64,000 nt of DNA from the NCBI GenBank assembly GCA_965235115.1, contig OZ249436.1, positions 2,234,001-2,298,000 of the forward strand, written 5' to 3'. Made by a program: the position numbers and the translations under genes. The notes below the pieces were generated by a model, which was not told where the DNA came from, searched no databases, and worked only from the letters and a program-made list of their open reading frames with translations. This DNA comes from Laetmonice hystrix. Its lineage: Eukaryota. The number at the start of each line of letters is the position of its first letter. The first letter of the stretch is position 1. Positions 25,721 through 37,364 of the stretch are shown one piece after another.

Positions 25721-26340
25721 AAAATGTGAATCCACAATGTAAGGTATATGTACCCCAAGATAGATCATGGCTAGCAGTATAATATTATTGAGAATATCTG
25801 AAACGATTCCTCATGATATTAGTATGGTTTGGAGGCGTGAGTAGAACCTGGCCAGGTTTGCGTGCCGGGAAGGACGTCAGCCAGCTTATCCTGCCGTCTG
25901 TGGTGAGGAGAGAGCGAGGATGATGAGGTCGTCTAGTTCTACTCTTTGAATGAGGTTACACATGGCGTTGTCATCTCCAATCCCGCCACCGGAAGGGATT
26001 ACTCTCTCCGGGATGAATACACACAGATCGGATATTGTATTTCTTTCCTGTTTTGGAAACAAAATCCTTAAAGAATTGCCCCTGTCTCCCATATTACACC
26101 CCCACCCCACCCCACCCCTCCACCCCCATTGAAAAAAAACGGAGAAGGTAAATAAACGATGTTAGAATCAGAATTTGCTTTCGGTGGCTAAAATGTACGC
26201 ATCAGTAGGTTCCATTCCCGGATTGCTGAACCAAATCTGCTGACTATAGATCCATCAAATATATCGCAAATTAATCTGTCGTAGCGGGAGAAAATATTGG
26301 GTTCCACACGGGCTGATTAGACCTTTGGGGCTGCGGATAG

Positions 26341-27192
26341 AAGGAGATCACTGTGCCGGGTATAGACAGATCTGGGCAAGGAGATCACTGTGCCGGGTAT
26401 AGACAGATCTGGGCAAGGAGATCACTGTGCCGGGTATAGACAGATCTGGGCAAGGAGATCACTGTGCCGGGTATAGACAGATCTGGGCAAGGAGATCACT
26501 GTGCCGGGTATAGACAGATCTGGGCAAGGAGATCACTGTGCCGGGTATAGACAGATCTGGGCAAGGAGATCACTGTGCCGGGTATAGACAGATCTGGGCA
26601 AGGAGATCACTGTGCCGGGTATAGACAGATCTGGGCAAGGAGATCACTGTGCCGGGTATAGACAGATCTGGGCAAGGAGATCACTGTGCCGGGTATAGAC
26701 AGATCTGGGCAAGGAGATCACTGTGCCGGGTATAGACAGATCTGGGCAAGGAGATCACTGTGCCGGGTATAGACAGATCTGGGCAAGGAGATCACTGTGC
26801 CGGGTATAGACAGATCTGGGCAAGGAGATCACTGTGCCGGGTATAGACAGATCTGGGCAAGGAGATCACTGTGCCGGGTATAGACAGATCTGGGCAAGGA
26901 GATCACTGTGCCGGGTATAGACAGATCTGGGCAAGGAGATCACTGTGCCGGGTATAGACAGATCTGGGCAAGGAGATCACTGTGCCGGGTATAGACAGAT
27001 CTGGGCAAGGAGATCACTGTGCCGGGTATAGACAGATCTGGGCAAGGAGATCACTGTGCCGGGTATAGACAGATCTGGGCAAGGAGATCACTGTGCCGGG
27101 TATAGACAGATCTGGGCAAGGAGATCACTGTGCCGGGTATAGACAGATCTGGGCAAGGAGATCACTGTGCCGGGTATAGACAGATCTGGGCA
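26341..27192. repeat. Homogeneous minisatellite, 37 bp x23
   Basis: AAGGAGATCACTGTGCCGGGTATAGACAGATCTGGGC. Confidence 0.97.
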
Positions 27193-27312
27193 GATTTAAG
27201 GTGGTCAAAATAGAAGGAGATTGGTTAGATATCTTATCAGATAATAATGTCGAGTTGGTGCTGGTAGCAGGACGTCACATGGTGAGAAGATTTCGATACG
27301 AGTCGGTCTGTA

Positions 27313-27755
27313 GATGTTGGTGTGACCTTGACAGCTGAGGACGGGCGGGATGGTGTGATGGTGTTGGTGTGACCTTGACCTTGGGCGGGATGGTGTGATG
27401 ATGTTGTGACCTTGACCTTGAGGACGGGCGGGATGGTGTGATGATGTTGGTGTGACCTTGACCTTGGGGACGGGCCGGATGGTGTGGTGATGTTGGTGTG
27501 ACCTTGACGTTGAGGACGGGAGGGATGGTGTGGTGATGTTGGTGTGACCTTGACCTTGGGCGGGATGGTGTGATGATGTTGATGTGACCTTGACGTTGAA
27601 GACGGGCGGGATGGTGTGGTGATGTTGGTGTGACCTTGACCTTGGGCGGGATGGTGTGATACAAACTAGTTCCTACCACGCATGCGCGACCTCTGCCGTT
27701 GGAGAGTGGGTGTGATAATGTTGATGTGACCTTGACCTTGAGGACGGGAGGGATA
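27313..27755. repeat. Degenerate 39-46 bp minisatellite rich in TGACCTTGACCT
   Basis: GATGTTGGTGTGACCTTGACCTTG(AGGAC)GGGCGGGATGGTGTGAT. Confidence 0.9.
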
Positions 27756-27835
27756 GTAGATAGTCCGTGTGAACATCTCCGCAAATTTTATTGGTTAAAA
27801 ACTAAATCTCGATCACTATACCCAGCCCCAAACAT

Positions 27836-28660
27836 TACCCTAACCTCTACACCCCATCCCCAGACAGCCCTAGCCGACTGCTCCTAACCCTAACCTTAAC
27901 CTCAAGATCTTATCCCTAAATATCCTTATAGCGCTGCCCCTAATCCTAACCTAACCTAACCCTAACATCCTCCCAAAACCTAGCCCTAACCCTAGACCCA
28001 ACCCTAACCTCTACACCCCATCCCCAGACATCCCCCAAAACCTAGCCCTAACCCTAGACCCAACCCTAACCTCTACACCCCATCCCCAGACATCCCCCAA
28101 AACCTAGCCCTAACCCTAGACCCAACCCTAACCTCTACACCCCATCCACAGACATCCTCCCAAAACCTAGCCCTAACCCTAACCCTAACCTCTACACCCC
28201 ATCCACAGACATCCCCCAAAACCTAGCCCTAACCCTAGACCCAACCCTAACCTCTACACCCCATCCCCAGACATCCCCCAAAACCTCGCCCTAACCCTAG
28301 ACCCAACCCTAACCTCTACACCCCATCCCCAGACATCCCCCAAAACCTAGCCCTAACCCTAACCCTAACCTCTACACCCCATCCACAGACATCCCCCAAA
28401 ACCTAGCCCTAACCCTAGACCCAACCCTAACCTCTACACCCCATCCACAGACATCCTCCCAAAACCTAGCCCTAACCCTAGACCCAACCCTAACCTCTAC
28501 ACCCCATCCCCAGACATCCTCCCAAAACCTAGCCCTAACCCTAGACCCAACCCTAACCTCTACACCCCATCCCCAGACATCCTCCCAAAACCTAGCCCTA
28601 ACCCTAGACCCAACCCTAACCCTAGACCCAACCCTAACCTCTACACCCCATCCACAGACA
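27836..28660. repeat. Minisatellite (about 56-62 bp) built from telomere-like CCCTAA/CCCTAG hexamers
   Basis: AAAACCTAGCCCTAACCCTAGACCCAACCCTAACCTCTACACCCCATCCCCAGACATCCCCC. Confidence 0.92.
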
Positions 28661-29271
28661 GCCGCTACTCTCACTTCCGTGGGAAAGTTACGACGGGGGA
28701 GGAGAAGCGTACTATACACTGCACCCCGATGTGGGTCAGTCCGATAGAATGGGGTTGAAGAACAGGCAGGAGGCGACCATCGATTGATCCGATGTCTGAT
28801 CATATTAAACCCCAACCCTGCCGCCCAGCATACTTTATGAAAACATAAATCTCGTCGGCCGTTATCTCCGAACTTTGTGTAGTAATGACAAATGAAAATC
28901 GCTCAGCTCAAACTGCCCGATGTTTCAAGACATGTTTCAAACCGTTTTAAATTAGATGGGTTTTTTTCAGTCTCGAATAGAGGTTATTCCCCGATAGTAA
29001 CGAAATCTGGGGTAGGGGTTAGACCAACGATCCTGTGGCTACCATCGTTGGTTAGACTTGGGGGCAGGGCTAGCGGATTGAGATTTATTTTGGTGAGATG
29101 TGGAGACGAGGGTTGGAGATTGTTAGGTTTGGGGCCGGGAATCAGGATATAATTTGAGTTATTCCCAGGAAACCTCTTGGAAATATCCCCATGGAGACTA
29201 CCCCTTCAGACTAACAGCTGAGTAAAGTTAACCTCTATCTATAGCGGGCAGTGTGAGGACTCGGTGACAGG

Positions 29272-30620
29272 GGCTACCATAACGTACCGACAGACATCGT
29301 GGGGTGAAGTCATCATTGACAGAGACTACCATAACGTACCGACAGACATCGTGGGGTGAAGTCATCATTGACAGAGACTACCATAACGTACCGACAGACA
29401 TCGTGGGGTGAAGTCATCATTGACAGAGACTACCATAACGTACCGACAGACATCGTGGGGTGAAGTCATTGACAGAGACTACCATAACGTACCGACAGAC
29501 ATCGTGGGGTGAAGTCATCATTGACAGAGGCTACCATAACGTACCGACAGACATCGTGGGGTGAAGTCATCATTGACAGACTACCATAACGTACCGACAG
29601 ACATCGTGGGGTGAAGTCATCATTGACAGACTACCATAACGTACCGACAGACATCGTGGGGTGAAGTCATCATTGACAGAGACTACCATAACGTACCGAC
29701 AGACATCGTGGGGTGAAGTCATCATTGACAGAGGCTACCATAACGTACCGACAGACATCGTGGGGTGAAGTCATCATTGACAGAGGCTACCATAACGTAC
29801 CGACAGACATCGTGGGGTGAAGTCATCATTGACAGAGGCTACCATAACGTACCGACAGACATCGTGGGGTGAAGTCATCATTGACAGAGGCTACCATAAC
29901 GTACCGACAGACATCGTGGGGTGAAGTCATCATTGACAGAGGCTACCATAACGTACCGACAGACATCGTGGGGTGAAGTCATCATTGACAGAGACTACCA
30001 TAACGTACCGACAGACATCGTGGGGTGAAGTCATCATTGACAGAGACTACCATAACGTACCGACAGACATCGTGGGGTGAAGTCATCATTGACAGAGACT
30101 ACCATAACGTACCGACAGACATCGTGGGGTGAAGTCATCATTGACAGAGGCTACCATAACGTACCGACAGACATCGTGGGGTGAAGTCATCATTGACAGA
30201 GGCTACCATAACGTACCGACAGACATCGTGGGGTGAAGTCATCATTGACAGAGGCTACCATAACATACCGACAGACATCGTGGGGTGAAGTCATCATTGA
30301 CAGAGGCTACCATAACGTACCGACAGACATCGTGGGGTGAAGTCATCATTGACAGAGGCTACCATAACGTACCGACAGACATCGTGGGGTGAAGTCATCA
30401 TTGACAGAGGCTACCATAACGTACCGACAGACATCGTGGGGTGAAGTCATCATTGACAGAGGCTACCATAACGTACCGACAGACATCGTGGGGTGAAGTC
30501 ATCATTGACAGAGACTACCATAACGTACCGACAGACATCGTGGGGTGAAGTCATCATTGACAGAGGCTACCATAACGTACCGACAGACATCGTGGGGTGA
30601 AGTCATCATTGACAGAGGCT
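29272..30620. repeat. Minisatellite, 52 bp x about 26
   Basis: CTACCATAACGTACCGACAGACATCGTGGGGTGAAGTCATCATTGACAGAG(G/A). Confidence 0.97.
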
Positions 30621-30774
30621 GTGTCCGGATTGGGGTTGGGTGGGTTGGAGATTGACGTGTCCGGGGTGCTTACTGTTCCGGCTCTATGTACGAGGTTAAG
30701 ATAGAGGCCGCGGTTTGCGTTAACCGTGGTGAGTATGTGAATTCAAGAGGAGAACGTTTCGACATGATTGAAGG

Positions 30775-30959
30775 AAACGTTGTGCATCCCAAACGTTGTG
30801 CATCCCAAACGTTGTGCATCCCAAACGTTGTGCATCCCAAACGTTGTGCATCCCAAACGTTGTGCATCCCAAACGTTGTGCATCCCAAACGTTGTGCATC
30901 CCAAACGTTGTGCATCCCAAACGTTGTGCATCCCAAACGTTGTGCATCCCAAACGTTGT
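30775..30959. repeat. Minisatellite, 16 bp x about 11
   Basis: AAACGTTGTGCATCCC. Confidence 0.97.
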
Positions 30960-31750
30960 CATTATACGACACATTGGCAGCATGACGAGTAACGAGCAGT
31001 CTGACAGGCGTAGCTCGCGGACCGCGCTCCATTGTGTAACCGTCATTGTGATTGTATTATTGGATTGGTGGCGTCTATAATGTAGATGAATGTAAGGCGG
31101 TTATGTTGGTATTACCTGCTGGGTTTACAACAATACATGAGAATCCTGACCACAGCCTGGTTTGTTTTAATCTCATTTATTCCACCCATGTCATATCGTA
31201 ATCATCTCTCTCGTCTATTCGATCTCCCTGACTGAGGTTTTACAGATATTTCTAAGGAGGAAGAAAAAGGAAGCATTGCATTTGGCGTACTTTGGTTTGT
31301 GTTGTCGAAAAATGAATTTCGCTCTGACAATCAAGTCAATATTTACCGCCACGTGTTTGAGAGAATTTCCGTCGATTGAAGAGGGCAGCTAGATTAGAAC
31401 TGCTGGAGGACTTGACAAGAGATTGTGAGCAGATGAAATGAATAGGTTCCCACTCTCTGTAATCCAGTGAAGGCAACCTTTAATCGTAGATAACTAAGTC
31501 TGTTTCATCCAATTGAGCTGGAGGAATTTGTAGGCGGAGGGAGTTGTCGGATGGCATGATAACTCGGAGTGCCGTCAGGGAATCCTTAGTCTTACCGTAA
31601 ATCATGTCGAGGTTCCAGAGAAGTTTATGGGCACCTTAATGAACCGACGGTAAGATTGGCAGTGAAGCTAATGTGTCAGCCTTGGGATAGCAGCCAGGAG
31701 TCTACCGTGTAAAAAAGTTCTTTGACTTGTTATCAAGCTAATCTTGTCTG

Positions 31751-32129
31751 GTTCATTCACTCAGCCAGGGATCACAGAACCGTTCACCGTCATTAGACCT
31801 TGACCACACTCAGACAGAAACAAAAAGGTTTTATTTAGGGGTAACGCTGTGGAGTTCATTCACTCAGCCAGGGATCACGGAACTAACGGTCACCGTCATT
31901 AGACCTTGACCACACTCAGACAGAAACAAAAACTGAAGTTTTTTTAGGGGTAACGCTGTGGGGTTCATTCACTCAGCCAGGGATCATGGAACCAACGGTC
32001 ACCGTCATTAGACCTTGACCAAACTCAGACAGAAACAAAAAGGGTTTATTTACCGGTCACCGTCATTAGACCTTGACCACACTCAGACAGAAACAAAAAG
32101 GTTTTATTTAGGGGTAACGCTGTGGGGTT
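31751..32129. repeat. Tandem repeat, about 105 bp x about 3.5
   Basis: GTTCATTCACTCAGCCAGGGATCA...CACCGTCATTAGACCTTGACCACACTCAGACAGAAACAAAAA repeated. Confidence 0.9.
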
Positions 32130-32355
32130 AGGAGCTGTACTAGAGGAAGGAATGAGAATATAAATCAACGTTTTCACGGGAATGGTCTAGTATCTTGATA
32201 AGATGAGGCTGTCAGATCACGCACAGTCGACCACTAATAAAGACAGAAGGTGTGGGGAAGACTGAAGTTTGTGAGAGAGACTTACCAAGGGAAGTTCTTC
32301 TGTAGTTTGTTATCAGGAGTTGTGGCACTCATGGGTAGTGAAGTCGGGTCGGAGT

Positions 32356-32622
32356 TTGGAGTTCTGGAAGTCTGAGGGTTGGAGTTCTGGAAGTCTGAGG
32401 GTTGGAGTTCTGGAAGTCTGAGGGTTGGAGTTCTGGAAGTCTGAGGGTTGGAGTTCTGGAAGTCTGAGGGTTGGAGTTCTGGAAGTCTGAGGGTTGGAGT
32501 TCTGGAAGTCTGAGGGTTGGAGTTCTGGAAGTCTGAGGGTTGGAGTTCTGGAAGTCTGAGGGTTGGAGTTCTGGAAGTCTGAGGGTTGGAGTTCTGGAAG
32601 TCTGAGGGTTGGAGTTCTGAGG
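32356..32622. repeat. Minisatellite, 23 bp x about 11
   Basis: TTGGAGTTCTGGAAGTCTGAGGG. Confidence 0.97.
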
Positions 32623-32632
32623 GGAGGAGAGA

Positions 32633-35600
32633 GGCTCCTCCCGCACGGATTGATGGTCCCAGATCAGGGTACATGAACATTTCCTGTCGGGGGGGGGGTG
32701 GGTGGTCCTCCCGCACGGATTGATGGTCCCAGCTCGGGGTACATGAACATTTCCTGTCGGAGGGGGGGGGGCTCCTCCCGCACGGATTGATGGTCCCAGC
32801 TCAGGGTACATGAACATTTCCTGTCGGAGGGGGGGGGGGGGCTCCTCCCGCACGGATTGATGGTCCCAGATCAGGGTACATGAACATTTCCTGTCGGAGG
32901 GGGGGGGGGCTCCTCCCGCACGGATTGATGGTCCCAGCTCAGGGTACATGAACATTTCCTGTCGGAGGGGGGGGGGGGGGCTCCTCCCGCACGGATTGAT
33001 GGTCCCAGATCAGGGTACATGAACATTTCCTGTCGGGGGGGGGGGTGGGTGGTCCTCCCGCACGGATTGATGGTCCCAGCTCGGGGTACATGAACATTTC
33101 CTGTCGGAGGGGGGGGGGGGGCTCCTCCCGCACGGATTGATGGTCCCAGATCAGGGTACATGAACATTTCCTGTCGGGGGGGGGTGGGTGGTCCTCCCGC
33201 ACGGATTGATGGTCCCAGCTCGGGGTACATGAACATTTCCTGTCGGAGGGGGGGGGGCTCCTCCCGCACGGATTGATGGTCCCAGATCAGGGTACATGAA
33301 CATTTCCTGTCGGGGGGGGGGGGGGGCTCCTCCCGCACGGATTGATGGTCCCAGCTCGGGGTACATGAACATTTCCTGTCGGAGGGGGGGGGGGGGGGCT
33401 CCTCCCGCACGGATTGATGGTCCCAGATCAGGGTACATGAACATTTCCTGTCGGGGGGGGGTGGGTGGTCCTCCCGCACGGATTGATGGTCCCAGCTCGG
33501 GGTACATGAACATTTCCTGTCGGAGGGGGGGGGGGGCTCCTCCCGCACGGATTGATGGTGGCAGCTCGGGGTACATGAACATTTCCTGTCGGAGGGGGGG
33601 GGGGGCTCCTCCCGCACGGATTGATGGTCCCAGCTCGGGGTACATGAACATTTCCTGTCGGAGGGGGGGGGGGGGGCTCCTCCCGCACGGATTGATGGTC
33701 CCAGCTCGGGGTACATGAACATTTCCTGTCGGAGGGGGGGGGGGGGCTCCTCCCGCACGGATTGATGGTCCCAGCTCGGGGTACATGAACATTTCCTGTC
33801 GGAGGGGGGGGGGGTCCTCCAGCACGGATTGATGGTCCCAGCTCGGGGTACATGAACATTTCCTGTCGGAGGGGGGGGGGGGCTCCTCCTGCACGGATTG
33901 ATGGTCCCAGCTCGGGGTACATGAACATTTCCTGTCGGAGGGGGCGGGGGCTCCTCCCGCACGGATTGATGGTCCCAGCTCGGGGTACATGAACATTTCC
34001 TGTCGGAGGGGGGGAGGGGGGGGGGCTCCTCCCGCACGGATTGATGGTCCCAGCTCGGGGTACATGAACATTTCCTGTCGGAGGGGGGGGGGGGGCTCCT
34101 CCTGCACGGATTGATGGTCCCAGCTCGGGGTACATGAACATTTCCTGTCGGAGGGGGGGGGGGGAGGCTCCTCCCGCACGGAGTGATGGTCCCAGCTCGG
34201 GGTACATGAACATTTCCTGTCGGAGGGGGGGGGTCCTCCCGCACGGATTGATGGTCCCAGCTCAGGGTACATGAACATTTCCTGTCGGAGGGGGGGGGGA
34301 GGCTCCTCCCGCACGGATTGATGGTCCCAGCTCGGGGTACATGAACATTTCCTGTCGGAGGGGGGGGGGGGCTCCTCCCGCACGGTTTGATGATCCCAGC
34401 TCGGGGTACATGAACATTTCCTGTCGGAGGGGGGGGGGGGGTCCTCCCGCACGGATTGATGGTCCCAGCTCGGGGTACATGAACATTTCCTGTCGGAGGG
34501 GGGGGGGGGGGGGGTGGGCTCCTCCCGCACGGATTGATGGTCCCAGCTCGGGGTACATGAACATTTCCTGTCGGAGGGGGGGGGGGGCTCCTCCCGCACG
34601 GATTGATGGTCCCAGCTCGGGGTACATGAACATTTCCTGTCGGAGGGGGGGGGGGGGTGGGCTCCTCCCGCACGGATTGATGGTCCCAGCTCGGGGTACA
34701 TGAACATTTCCTGTCGGAGGGGGGGGTGGGCTCCTCCCGCACGGATTGATGGTCCCAGCTCGGGGTACATGAACATTTCCTGTCGGAGGGGGGGGGGGGG
34801 GGGGGGGGGCTCCTCCCGCACGGATTGATGGTCCCAGCTCGGGGTACATGAACATTTCCTGTCGGAGGGGGGGGGGCTCCTCCCGCACGGATTGATGGTC
34901 CCAGCTCCGGGTACATGAACATTTCCTGTCGGAGGGGGGGGGGTGGGCTCCTCCCGCACGGATTGATGGTCCCAGCTCGGGGTACATGAACATTTCCTGT
35001 CGGAGGGGGGGGGGGGGGCTCCTCCCGCACGGTTTGATGATCCCAGCTCGGGGTACATGAACATTTCCTGTCGGAGGGGGGGGGGGCTCCTCCCGCACGG
35101 ATTGATGGTCCCAGCTCGGGGTACATGAACATTTCCTGTCGGAGGGGGGGGGGGCTCCTCCCGCACGGATTGATGGTCCCAGCTCGGGGTACATGAACAT
35201 TTCCTGTCGGAGGGGGGGGGGGGGGGGTGGGCTCCTCCCGCACGGTTTGATGATCCCAGCTCGGGGTACATGAACATTTCCTGTCGGAGGGGGGGGTGGG
35301 CTCCTCCCGCACGGATTGATGGTCCCAGCTCGGGGTACATGAACATTTCCTGTCGGAGGGGGGGGGGGGGCTCCTCCCGCACGGTTTGATGATCCCAGCT
35401 CGGGGTACATGAACATTTCCTGTCGGAGGGGGGGGGGGCTCCTCCCGCACGGATTGATGGTCCCAGCTCGGGGTACATGAACATTTCCTGTCGGAGGGGG
35501 GGGGGGGGGCTCCTCCCGCACGGATTGATGGTCCCAGCTCGGGGTACATGAACATTTCCTGTCGGAGGGGGGGGGGGGGGCTCCTCCCGCACCGATTGAT

Positions 35601-36042
35601 GGTCCCAGCTCGGGGTACATGAACATTTCCTGTCGGAGGGGGGGGGCTCCTCCCGCACGGATTGATGGTCCCAGCTCGGGGTACATGAACATTTCCTGTC
35701 GGAGGGGGGGGGGGGGCTCCTCCCCACGGATTGATGGTCCCAGCTCGGGGTACATGAACATTTCCTGTCGGAGGGGGGGGGCCTCCTCCCGCACGGATTG
35801 ATGGTCCCAGCTCCGGGTACATGAACATTTCCTGTCGGAGGGGGGGGGGGGGCTCCTCCCGCACGGATTGATGGTCCCAGCTCGGGGTACATGAACATTT
35901 CCTGTCGGAGGGGGGGGGGGTGGTCCTCCCGCACGGATTGATGGTCCCAGCTCGGGGTACATGAACATTTCCTGTCGGAGGGGGGGGGGGGGGCTCCTCC
36001 TGCACGGATTGATGGTCCCAGCTCGGGGTACATGAACATTTC
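32633..36042. repeat. 3.4-kb minisatellite, about 58-bp constant part plus variable poly-G, about 49 units
   Basis: GCTCCTCCCGCACGGATTGATGGTCCCAGCTCGGGGTACATGAACATTTCCTGTCGGA(G)n. Confidence 0.97.
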
Positions 36043-37364
36043 ATGAGTCCTTTGAACGACTGTCGCACTCATTAAGTGATGGAATCATGCTATTCAGCGC
36101 TCGGATTGCGGCTACACTGAACGTCCTGTTGCCGGGATCTCTGGTTCTCCGCTGATGTTACAAGAATAGACAAGAACACACATGTACTACCTGATTTATT
36201 GAGTTGATGTCATAGCAGAAATTGTAATATTAACGGGTTAAAAGTGGCATTGATGGGCGGTGGGTTAGTACGTGAAACAAACACAATGGTCGTACTGTGC
36301 CAATGTCGGTGCGCTGAATTCTGATCGTTCCGCTCACATCCTGTGAATGGATTCACATCCTGTGAATGGATTCACATCCTGTGAATAGATCTCTGTGGAC
36401 GGGTTCACACAGCCGCAAGGCGAGGTGCATGGGTTTAATATGTGTGCATGATAGATGTGTGACTGTGGCACGGCCCACGGCACGGCTCAGGTCACGCCAC
36501 TGCTACAGTTTCCATATTTCTGATGCTGTGCGTGTGCTACCGTTTCGGAAGAACCTCATGTGCAATTATTGATTACTTGTTAGAATTCATGTATTGTAGC
36601 ATTGCTGTTAGATAGCCCTTTCAATCGGATTGACTGCGAGGACTTATTATGTATGGCGGAGGGATGATATGTTATTACGGCAGTTGAATGGGTCTAACAC
36701 CTTTCACAGGAAACCACAATGGCACAGTCCCCGTCGTGCTGTACGGTTGTAGTCTGTAAGAAAGTTTGCCAGGGAGTTGGGGCTGTACACCGTCCAAACA
36801 TTCCCAGTTAAATGCTTCTATCTGGAATCCCCGCTTAACTTTGTAAGCGCCTGCTTGTCTTTGCAGACGAGAATCATGATTTACTCTCTTAAAAGTGGTC
36901 CTTTGGATTAGTTCTAACTAGACAAAATTATTGTAGCTTATTTTGTGTTGTCTCCACCTGTGAGAGTTCCGGCAGATAGAGGGAACAGTTAGCAGGGCGT
37001 TCAGAGGTCTGCGAGGGTTGGAAAGCCTTCCCGCCAATATCGACCCGCTCATTAGTAATTCACTTTGTGGAGGACGGCAATGACGTCATCGTGTACACTG
37101 TTATTGGGAATATATACGACTAGGAGAGGACGAACGCTCCCTTAAAACAGAGTGAGAATTTAATGAATCACCACTACCAAACTAAACGGAGGTTATTTAT
37201 AGCGAGGGTCAGACTGGAGGCTACTCTCAGATCGTACAGTCCACGTGTCGTTCGTTATTTATTTAACGACGTTGTAAACGTCGTGACAGCGCCATCTGCT
37301 GTCCTCGCGGTGTACCTACTCGTGTCGCGCCAATCTGTGCACGTAAACTGTATTAGTGATAGAT

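Noticed and set aside
25886..26047. Minus-strand terminal exon (KKYNIRSVCIHPGESNPFRWRDWR-stop or the alternative frame)
   Set aside because: Only an acceptor-like site supports it. There are no partner exons and I do not recognise the peptide.
32633..36042. CRISPR-like repeat/spacer appearance
   Set aside because: The variable parts are only G homopolymers, not unique spacers. There are no cas genes and the context is eukaryotic. No other array has unique spacers either.
32871..36072. Minus-strand ORFs of 1065, 973 and 568 aa
   Set aside because: They lie entirely in a stop-poor tandem repeat and are open in all three frames, with the frame shuffled by poly-C length. They are not genes.
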